DNA from: Rickettsiaceae bacterium
Lineage (GTDB): Bacteria; Pseudomonadota; Alphaproteobacteria; Rickettsiales; UBA1997
DNA: 64,000 bases
Assembly: GCA_021323225.1 (NCBI GenBank)
Contig: JAJTCH010000001.1
Location: forward strand, 339,408-403,407
Reading direction: 5' to 3'
Below the pieces are notes generated by a model, which was not told where the DNA came from, did not search any database, and worked only from the letters and a program-made list of their open reading frames with translations. The translations under genes and the position numbers were made by a program. Shown one piece after another: positions 57,642 through 64,000 of this stretch; position 1 is the stretch's first letter; each line of letters begins with the position of its first letter.

Positions 57642-58274
57642 ATGTCCAACCCATCTCCACTTTTAATCATCATCTCTTCACCATCCGGCGCTGGAAAATC
57701 AACGCTTTGCAAAATGCTGGTTGAAAGAAATCCTGACATTAAATTATCAATTTCTGCAACAACCAGAAAGCCTCGCCAATCAGAAATTGACGGCAAACAT
57801 TATTTCTTCATCTCCCATTCAGAATTTCAAGCAATGATCGAACAAGACCAGTTTCTTGAACATGCCGAAGTTTTTGGCAATTGCTATGGCACACCAAGAA
57901 AAATGGTTGAAGATGAAATCAAAATCGGCAATTCAGTTCTCTTCGACATAGACTGGCAAGGCGCCAGACAAATCACCGATAAATGCGGAAAGCAAAAAGT
58001 TATTAGTTTCTTCATTCTGCCACCATCAATGGAAGAACTGCACAAAAGACTGCAAACCAGGGCTGAAGATAGCGAAGAAGTGGTTTTAAAAAGAATGGAA
58101 AAAGCTAAAGATGAAATGGAGCATTTTGACGAATATGATTATGTTTTGGTTAATCACGATCTGGAAAAAACTTATCAATCAATCCACGGCTTAATTAGCA
58201 ATCACGATAATCAACACCCAACTCTAGGGCCAGAAATCAGGGCTTTTGTCGCACAACTTCTTAAGTCAGAATAA
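57642..58274 (+). CDS. gmk: guanylate kinase
   Basis: ATG at 57642 (MSNPSPLLIIISSPSGAGKSTL, P-loop). Contains TTRKPRQSEIDGKHYFF and LEHAEVFGNCYGT. Confidence 0.95.
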   Translation: MSNPSPLLIIISSPSGAGKSTLCKMLVERNPDIKLSISATTRKPRQSEIDGKHYFFISHSEFQAMIEQDQFLEHAEVFGNCYGTPRKMVEDEIKIGNSVLFDIDWQGARQITDKCGKQKVISFFILPPSMEELHKRLQTRAEDSEEVVLKRMEKAKDEMEHFDEYDYVLVNHDLEKTYQSIHGLISNHDNQHPTLGPEIRAFVAQLLKSE

Positions 58275-58277
58275 AAT

Positions 58278-58922
58278 ATGGAAACATTAGCCGCATATTT
58301 TCAAATCATTCTGGATTACCTGGTGTTCTTAGTCGATAAAATCGGCTATTTCGGCATTTTTGTCGGCATGTTTCTTGAAAGCACCTTTGTTCCCATTCCG
58401 AGTGAAATCATCATGATCCCTGCTGGCATCGCCGCTGCGGAAGGTAAGTTTAACCTGACTTTAGCAATTGTAATCGGCGTAATTGGCAATCTGCTCGGCG
58501 CAATATTCAATTATTATTTGGCAATTTATTGCGGTAGAGCAATCATGCTCAAAATCGGCAAATATTTCTTTATCAAGGAAGAGACAATTATTTGGATTGA
58601 GCAATTTTTCAAAAATCACGGCTCAATTTCAACTTTCACCGGTAGGTTGATTCCGGTTGTACGCCATTATATTTCCTTACCGGCTGGTATTGCCAGAATG
58701 CATTTTGGCAAATTCTGCTTTTATACATTAACAGGTTCAGCAATATGGGTAACGATTTTGACTTATCTAGGATTTGTGATTGGACAAAATAAAGAGCTGA
58801 TAAAAAAATATCTCGATCTGGCAATTCTCATCTGCCTTTCTATCTGCTTTTTGCTGGTTTTGGTTTATATCAAATTCAATAAAATCAAAGCCGTCAAATC
58901 AAAATCTAGCAGCCAAAATTAA
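58278..58922 (+). CDS. DedA-family membrane protein
   Basis: 214 aa. FLESTFVPIPSEIIMIPAG and FTGRLIPVVRHYISLPAGI are the conserved DedA/SNARE-associated motifs. Confidence 0.85.
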   Translation: METLAAYFQIILDYLVFLVDKIGYFGIFVGMFLESTFVPIPSEIIMIPAGIAAAEGKFNLTLAIVIGVIGNLLGAIFNYYLAIYCGRAIMLKIGKYFFIKEETIIWIEQFFKNHGSISTFTGRLIPVVRHYISLPAGIARMHFGKFCFYTLTGSAIWVTILTYLGFVIGQNKELIKKYLDLAILICLSICFLLVLVYIKFNKIKAVKSKSSSQN

Positions 58923-59908
58923 TAATGCTGCCATCCATAATTCTTAATTTTTATTAACTGACCATCCTCATCTAAAAGCTTAATTTGCGATTGTATCGCC
59001 TTTTGCAAATATCCGATACAACTTATCTTCAGTCCCAATTTTTTTGATAAAGTTTCAATTTTAGCTCGGTTGGAAGAGCTAGCAGTAAAGAGCAATTCAT
59101 AATCATCTCCACCGCAAAATAGCTGACTGGGATCAATATTGTCATTTTTTGACAGGCAAAATTTTGCTGCGTCCGATATTGGAATTTTTCTTTGTTCAAC
59201 AACAGCTTCCAGTTTTGAAGCTTTACAAATATGCAGTAGCTCTGCAAATAAACCGTCCGAAATATCAATTGCAGATTTGCTTAAACCTAATTTTACTAGC
59301 TTCATTCCCAGATCAATTCTTGGGCTTGGTTGTAAATGCCTAGAAATCAAAGCTGCTTTATGGTTTTTGTTCGAGCAGGAAATTTTATCTTGCACCAATT
59401 GCAGCCCCAAAAAAGCATCGCCAATATTGCCGGAAACAAAAAGCAAATCTCCATCTTGCGCAGCACCGCGTTTTAAAGCTTTTCCTTTCTTCACTTCACC
59501 AAAAACAGTCACGCTAAAACAAAGTTTGTCTTTAACACTTACGCTATCGCCACCAATCAAACTAACACCAAATTCCTTACCAACATCTCTTAGACCGCGG
59601 CAAAATTCTTTAATAAATTTTTCATCCGATTTTTCATTTTGGGAAAATCCTAACAAGTAATATAAAGGCTTGCCACCCGATGCAGCGATGTCGGAAATAT
59701 TGGTTTTAAGCAGCCTACAAGCAATGTTATAAGCGCCGTAACTTTTGCTGAAATGAATATCCTCCACCATCATGTCTTTACTAACCAATAATTCTTTTCC
59801 CTTACCAATCTCAATTGTTGCTACATCATCAGCCAACAAACCGGCAGCTTTAACACCGTTGGTTAGCGGTAAAAAATATTTTTCGATTATTTCAAATTCG
59901 TTGGACAT
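58919..59908 (-). CDS. thiL: thiamine-monophosphate kinase
   Basis: I start at the ATG at 59908 (MSNEFEIIEKYFLPL...), the typical ThiL N-terminus. Contains DDVATI, VEDIHF, NISDIAASGGKP and GGD. The track start at 60043 adds 45 aa that are translated from the repeat element. Confidence 0.9.
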   Translation of the reverse strand: MSNEFEIIEKYFLPLTNGVKAAGLLADDVATIEIGKGKELLVSKDMMVEDIHFSKSYGAYNIACRLLKTNISDIAASGGKPLYYLLGFSQNEKSDEKFIKEFCRGLRDVGKEFGVSLIGGDSVSVKDKLCFSVTVFGEVKKGKALKRGAAQDGDLLFVSGNIGDAFLGLQLVQDKISCSNKNHKAALISRHLQPSPRIDLGMKLVKLGLSKSAIDISDGLFAELLHICKASKLEAVVEQRKIPISDAAKFCLSKNDNIDPSQLFCGGDDYELLFTASSSNRAKIETLSKKLGLKISCIGYLQKAIQSQIKLLDEDGQLIKIKNYGWQHY

Positions 59909-60012
59909 ATGCGCTAATGCGATTGATGGAACGGGGAAAAGCATAGTAGAATTATTATCCTTATCTAGCAATTTGGAATAATTTCTGGATTCAGCATTAT
60001 AACTTAACCATT

Positions 60013-60123
60013 CTGGATTGCCGCGTTGCTTCACTCCTCGCAATGACGATGTTGGAAGTTATGAGATAATTTTCTACGCCGTCATTGCGAGGAGCGTGCG
60101 CAGCCAGCGACGTGGCAATCCAG
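60013..60123. repeat. MITE-like palindromic intergenic element, copy 2
   Basis: CTGGATTGCCGCGTTGCTTCACTCCTCGCAATGACGAT-(loop)-CGTCATTGCGAGGAGCGTGCGCAGCCAGCGACGTGGCAATCCAG. It has the same orientation and architecture as copy 1 at 30981-31100. Confidence 0.85.
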
Positions 60124-60211
60124 AAAATACCCCATCAAAACAAACTAATGGCAGCCTAAAATCAACAACCTAAAATCACCAAAATTTTAAAACTCAAAAC
60201 CCACCATTCCC

Positions 60212-60550
60212 ATGACTCCATTTATAACCATCGGCCTATTACTAATCTCCAATATCTTCATGACCTTCGCCTGGTATGGCCATCTAAAATTTAAACCATC
60301 CCCTCTTTATTTAGTCATTCTAATCAGCTGGCTCATCGCCTTTTTTGAATATTGTTTCCAAGTTCCCGCCAATAGAATAGGCCACGGCTATTTCTCCGCT
60401 GCTGAATTAAAAACCATCCAAGAAGTTATAACTCTAGTAGTTTTTGCAATCTTCTCAATTTTCTACCTTAACGAACCGCTAAACTGGAATCACCTTATTG
60501 GCTTTGCCTTCATTGCGTTGGGAGCATTTTTTATTTTTCACAAATGGTAG
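60212..60550 (+). CDS. DMT-superfamily small membrane protein (DUF486)
   Basis: 112 aa with 4 TM. NIFMTFAWYGHLKF...FEYCFQVPANRIG...LKTIQEVITL matches the DUF486 pattern as I remember it. Confidence 0.75.
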   Translation: MTPFITIGLLLISNIFMTFAWYGHLKFKPSPLYLVILISWLIAFFEYCFQVPANRIGHGYFSAAELKTIQEVITLVVFAIFSIFYLNEPLNWNHLIGFAFIALGAFFIFHKW

Positions 60551-60681
60551 ACTCCGATTAAGAAACATCCGTCTAAAGCAACAAAACTAACATGATATTG
60601 AGTTTTTATTCCTGAGTTACTAGCTTCACCGATGCGCTAAATTTTTAGCATCATAAAAACAATTTTATTCGGAGGTATAAT

Positions 60682-61122
60682 ATGAAAGGATTTAACATGA
60701 CATGGATTGCGGTAATAGGCGCTCACAAGGCTTATTTCTTTAAAAGAACTATAGCAACCAAACCCACCTTAATTGAAGAGATCGAGGCCGAGCTAGACAG
60801 AGAACATGAAAAACCAGGCAGAACTTTTGATAGCATGGGAGCTGGCCGCCATGCAGTAGAGCCTCATACCGATTATCACCAAATTGAAAAACAAGAATTT
60901 GCCACCAAGATATTGGAAGTGTTATCTAATGGCTCAAGACATAATAAATTTGAAAAGTTAATTCTGATTGCCGATCCAAAAATGCTTGGTATTATCAATA
61001 ATCACTTAGATAAAGATCTAGCTTCTAAGGTTCAAGAATCTTTCCCGAAGAATTTTGCCGAAATGGAAATTCGGGAGATTGAAGAACATATCGCGGATAT
61101 GATAGATAAAAAGCTTTTCTGA
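60682..61122 (+). CDS. host-attachment (Host_attach) family protein
   Basis: 146 aa with GGAGG 6 nt upstream of the ATG. WIAVIGAHKAYFF...EKPGRTFDSMGAGRHAVEPHTDYHQIEKQEFA...LILIADPKMLGIINNHL is the typical family pattern. Confidence 0.75.
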   Translation: MKGFNMTWIAVIGAHKAYFFKRTIATKPTLIEEIEAELDREHEKPGRTFDSMGAGRHAVEPHTDYHQIEKQEFATKILEVLSNGSRHNKFEKLILIADPKMLGIINNHLDKDLASKVQESFPKNFAEMEIREIEEHIADMIDKKLF

Positions 61123-61176
61123 TTTAGAATTGAAGTTAAGCTTTTAAGCTATCCCCAAACCCCCAACAAAAATAAA

Positions 61177-62331
61177 ATGAGCGACAACACAAATAATGTG
61201 AGAGTAACTTCTATTGATTTTTTACGGGGGCTGGTCATCACGCTGATGACTTTAGACCACACCAGAGATTCCTTCAGCAACTTCAATATCGGCCCATTGA
61301 TTGGGCTAGAAACGCCAACGGAAATTTTCTTTACCCGTTGGATAACTCATCTTTGCGCACCGATTTTTGTCTTCCTAGCCGGGATGGCAATTTATCTGCA
61401 TAAATTAAACAAAAATCTTCCCCGGCCAGAATTACAAACTTTTCTGATTAAAAGAGGATTATTTCTCATCTTCCTAGAATTCAGTTTGATCAGTTTTTTA
61501 TGGATAAAGATTTTTAACGTGCAAGGAACTTATATTTTTAGCGCGCAAGTAATTTGGGCTATTGGCATGTCGATGTTATTTATGGCTGCCCTACTTTTCT
61601 TCTCAGATTGGCTGATTCTTGCCATCGGCCTAACAATCATTTGCACCAACAATATTTTTGATATTTACACCTCAACCGATTCCATAATCTGGAACATATT
61701 ACACAACCGCGCCAGCATAGCGCTTGGAAGTAAAGCAACTTTAGAAACCTTCTATCCACTATATCCATGGCTAGGTCTAATGGCTGTTGGCTATGGTTTT
61801 TGCCATTTACTTTATTGCAACAAAACTCTTTTCCCAACAATAGGTGAGAGGAAAAAAATGTTAGCCAAACTATCTTTTATCATGATAACCACCTTTGTGG
61901 TCTTGAGGTTCTTCAATTTATACGGAGACAGCTCACAATTTAATCACAACCCAGACTTCATCATCGCCCTAAAATCTTTTCTGGAAGTCACTAAATATCC
62001 TCCGTCTCTACATTATCTACTAATCACTTTAGGAATCGGCTTCGCTTTATTTTCCTGGGCGGAAGGAAGAGACAACAAAATCATCAAAATATTTTCCAAC
62101 TATGGCAGCGTCCCACTTTTCTACTACGCTCTTCATTTAATCACCATTCCGGTTTTAAATTTCATCATCAGTAAACTTCTAGGCCAAGAATATCCGTATC
62201 ACAGCCATCATCTCTGGATTAGCTGGCTAATGAGCCTGCTCATCATCGCTTTATTATATCCGGCGGTTTTATGGTTTAAAAATTTCAAAACCAAACACCG
62301 TCAGAAATTTCCTATTCTGACCTATTTTTAA
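61177..62331 (+). CDS. DUF1624 (heparan-alpha-glucosaminide N-acetyltransferase-like) membrane acyltransferase
   Basis: 384 aa and polytopic. It has the N-terminal signature RVTSIDFLRGLVITLMTLDHTRD. Confidence 0.75.
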   Translation: MSDNTNNVRVTSIDFLRGLVITLMTLDHTRDSFSNFNIGPLIGLETPTEIFFTRWITHLCAPIFVFLAGMAIYLHKLNKNLPRPELQTFLIKRGLFLIFLEFSLISFLWIKIFNVQGTYIFSAQVIWAIGMSMLFMAALLFFSDWLILAIGLTIICTNNIFDIYTSTDSIIWNILHNRASIALGSKATLETFYPLYPWLGLMAVGYGFCHLLYCNKTLFPTIGERKKMLAKLSFIMITTFVVLRFFNLYGDSSQFNHNPDFIIALKSFLEVTKYPPSLHYLLITLGIGFALFSWAEGRDNKIIKIFSNYGSVPLFYYALHLITIPVLNFIISKLLGQEYPYHSHHLWISWLMSLLIIALLYPAVLWFKNFKTKHRQKFPILTYF

Positions 62332-62335
62332 AACC

Positions 62336-62929
62336 ATGCCAAATAAAGCAAATATCATAATGCTAATTTGGATAATCCTATTTTGGGTTATCATGGCCAT
62401 ATCCCCAATCGACCGTCATGATTGGCTGATGGAAAATATCCTGTTTTTTGTCTTTTTCACCGTATTAATCACCACCCACAAATTCTTCCAATTTTCCACC
62501 ATATCCTATCTCCTAATCACCATCTTCTTCACCCTCCATCTCACCGGCGCCCACTACACCTATTCCAAAGTCCCATTCGGCTTTTACCTATCCGAACTAT
62601 TCGACCTGCAAAGAAACCATTTCGACAGAATCGTCCATTTCTCCTTTGGCTTACTCCTCACCTACCCGATCAGAGAACTCCTAATCAGATATACCAAACT
62701 AAATACTTTCTTCAGCTACTATCTCCCAATCGACATCATCCTAACCTGCAGCGCCTTCTTCGAAATATTAGAATGGCTCTTTGTTCTAGGCGTTAACCCA
62801 GAACTTGGTGATGCTTATTTAGGAACACAAGGTGATATTTGGGATGCGCAGAAGGATATGGCTCTTGCAGCTGTCGGGTCGGTAGTGGCGATGGGAGTTG
62901 TTTATTTAGGTAGGAGAATTTATAAGTAA
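62336..62929 (+). CDS. DUF2238 (YjdF-like) membrane protein
   Basis: 197 aa. HLTGAHYTYSKVPFG...RNHFDRIVHFSFGLLLTYPIRE...LGTQGDIWDAQKDMALA matches the YjdF/DUF2238 pattern as I remember it. Confidence 0.75.
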   Translation: MPNKANIIMLIWIILFWVIMAISPIDRHDWLMENILFFVFFTVLITTHKFFQFSTISYLLITIFFTLHLTGAHYTYSKVPFGFYLSELFDLQRNHFDRIVHFSFGLLLTYPIRELLIRYTKLNTFFSYYLPIDIILTCSAFFEILEWLFVLGVNPELGDAYLGTQGDIWDAQKDMALAAVGSVVAMGVVYLGRRIYK

Positions 62930-62960
62930 GATTTTTTGAGATAGCGACTAGTAATAATTA

Positions 62961-62985
62961 GGTGTTTTTATTTACTCAAAACACC
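62961..62985 (+). terminator. short hairpin after the DUF2238 gene (weak terminator candidate)
   Basis: GGTGTTTT-tatttactc-AAAACACC is an 8-bp stem 32 nt after the stop codon. The following tract ATATTCCTT is only weakly U-rich. Confidence 0.3.
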
Positions 62986-63054
62986 ATATTCCTTGAGTGC
63001 TACAGAGAGAAATCCATTAGCGTAAAATCATTTATTAACCAAATTATAATATTT

Positions 63055-63414
63055 ATGCCAATCAAATACTATGGAAATGCCCGCGGAAATTCGTCGATTA
63101 GAACTATCATAACCTATACTGGAAACGATGGTGAAAAATTCGGACCTAGTTTTATTGTACAAAACCAAAGGAGTGAGTTCACAAAAGCACGTCCACTTTC
63201 CAAATTAGGAGGGTTCTTAAATAATTTTCGAGATGAGCTTGATGAAGAAATGGTGGAAAATATAAGAAGAGACCACCAACTTAAAGAAAGGGCAGAAGAT
63301 GCTTTACCTGTTCTTGAAGAAAAAGAAGAACAGGAAAAACCATCAAACGCAATGAAACCAATAGCCAAAATAAATGTTTCTAAACAAGACAAATCTTTGT
63401 CTGTTCAAAAATAA
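63055..63414 (+). CDS. hypothetical protein
   Basis: 119 aa from the ATG at 63055 (MPIKYYGNARGNSS...). It has a charged, E/K-rich C-terminal half. I recognise no family. Coding status rests only on ORF length. Confidence 0.4.
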   Translation: MPIKYYGNARGNSSIRTIITYTGNDGEKFGPSFIVQNQRSEFTKARPLSKLGGFLNNFRDELDEEMVENIRRDHQLKERAEDALPVLEEKEEQEKPSNAMKPIAKINVSKQDKSLSVQK

Positions 63415-63564
63415 GTACCAGCTACAAATTCCACCAAAAGACCTAGATAAGGCTGTTGCGGAACATCAAGATAATCAAACCAGACGAGTCTGGATTTGTT
63501 GAACTGGTTAACAAAAAAAGCTGAAGACCACTTGAAGACGCTTGTGCTATCCCATAATCAATAA
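63374..63564 (+). pseudogene. possible frameshifted ribbon-helix-helix antitoxin remnant
   Basis: Frame a reads ...KYQLQIPPKDLDKAVAEHQDNQ and then stops. The +2 frame continues SNQTSLDLLNWLTKKAEDHLKTLVLSHNQ*. Joined across a shift near 63470-63480, these give an RHH-like beta-strand plus two helices. This is my own three-frame reading with no database support. Confidence 0.3.
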
Positions 63565-63622
63565 TATATGAGTTGCCAAAATTGCGTCTTTTAGCATCCT
63601 AAAATGAAGGTGTAAATTCTAG

Positions 63623-63877
63623 GACAAAATTGCAATCGATATATCGGCGGTAATAGCGCTGATCAAGAGAGAAGAAGGTTTTGAAATTGTAGAAAAATAC
63701 ATCGGCAATGCCATTATTTCAAGCGTCCCCGCAAGTGAATTTGGTAACAGAATTGGATATTTGTCAGCACCGCAAAGCATAAAAGAAATTAAACTGGCAA
63801 CCAAATTTGCCAAGCTCAAAAAGCTTTCCGGTCAGGATATAGCGATGAGATTTCTTGAATTGTTGACTAGAGAATAA
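63623..63877 (+). pseudogene. possible truncated PIN-domain (VapC-like) toxin remnant lacking a start codon
   Basis: The open frame directly after a TAG reads DKIAIDISAVIALIKREEGFEIVEKYIGNAIISSVPASEF...FLELLTRE*. The N-terminal segment resembles the VapC motif (xDTSAxxAxLxxEPG....I....ISAxxxxE). There is no ATG/GTG/TTG at the expected start. At about 84 aa it lacks the C-terminal acidic residues of a PIN domain. Confidence 0.35.
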
Positions 63878-63913
63878 ATTTTATCTCTGGCCTGTTTTTT
63901 GTTCGAAGAAATT

Positions 63914-64000
63914 TTACTCCTTGTTTGGTTTGGTTTTTTCTTCAGAAATAAAACGGGTATAAAACCAGCTGAGTGTTATTAGACTGATGCCAAGACCCAG
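63914..64000 (-). CDS. 3' end of an unidentified minus-strand gene (hydrophobic C-terminus), partial at right edge
   Basis: The reverse-complement frame reads ...LGLGISLITLSWFYTRFISEEKTKPNKE*, with the stop at 63914-63916. Only 28 codons are visible. Confidence 0.3.
   Translation of the reverse strand: MGLGISLITLSWFYTRFISEEKTKPNKE

Noticed and set aside
59139-59660. 173-aa plus-strand ORF
   Set aside because: Antisense to the well-supported thiL gene. It is S/P/L-rich with no domain signature.
59909-60043. N-terminal 45 codons of the longest thiL ORF
   Set aside because: The first 12 codons are a translation of the MITE-like repeat. The conserved ThiL N-terminus begins at 59908.
62422-62796. 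124-aa His/Pro/Leu-rich alternative-frame ORF
   Set aside because: It lies inside the DUF2238 gene. It stays open only because the tract is G-depleted, so few TAG or TGA codons occur. The DUF2238 frame carries recognisable conserved motifs.
1-64000. Search for CRISPR arrays, tandem repeats, rRNA, transposase/integrase genes and known defence operons
   Set aside because: Reading both strands I saw no regularly spaced direct repeats, no rRNA-like sequence and no IS or phage integrase signatures. The only dispersed repeats are the palindromic elements reported above.

Overview
This is an AT-rich, gene-dense chromosomal window made up mostly of housekeeping genes. The gene content points to an alphaproteobacterium, possibly Rickettsiales- or Holosporales-like. 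The supporting markers are an NDUFA12-like/MlaD/DUF2155 cluster, a stand-alone PntAA, an FtsZ with a very long acidic linker, and a 1607-aa NAD-glutamate dehydrogenase. That taxonomic call is inference only. I support about 60 CDS: aroC, fadE, topA, pgsA, xseB, purF, slt, rpe, queH, nth, alr, thiE, ftsZ, a PBP1A-family gene, pabCB, cydAB, dps, a CcoI-type P-type ATPase, purSQ, ftsQ, ddl, pntAA, gdhB, infC, mfd, leuD, fabI, gmk, thiL and others. I also support two tRNAs, Ala-UGC and Leu-GAG, and two small membrane-protein genes missing from the ORF track, a DUF1328-type gene and a DUF2474-like gene after cydB. There is no rRNA, CRISPR array, transposase, integrase or recognisable defence operon, and I could not find a coherent novel multi-gene system. 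The most noteworthy features are listed here. (1) There are three kinds of long imperfect palindromic intergenic elements: one MITE-like family present twice, one element filling the purS-purQ spacer, and one next to tRNA-Leu. (2) A signal-peptide-bearing minimal ATP-dependent DNA ligase (Lig E type) sits in a small accessory patch. (3) An accessory-looking run of unknown-function membrane-protein genes at 60-63 kb lies between a MITE copy and a decayed RHH/PIN toxin-antitoxin remnant, and contains a strikingly G-depleted tract. (4) The division cluster is scrambled, with ftsZ coupled to thiE and ddl-ftsQ running into purSQ. (5) Start/stop overlaps between functionally unrelated genes are pervasive. 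All functional calls rest on my recognition of the translated sequences. No database search was run.
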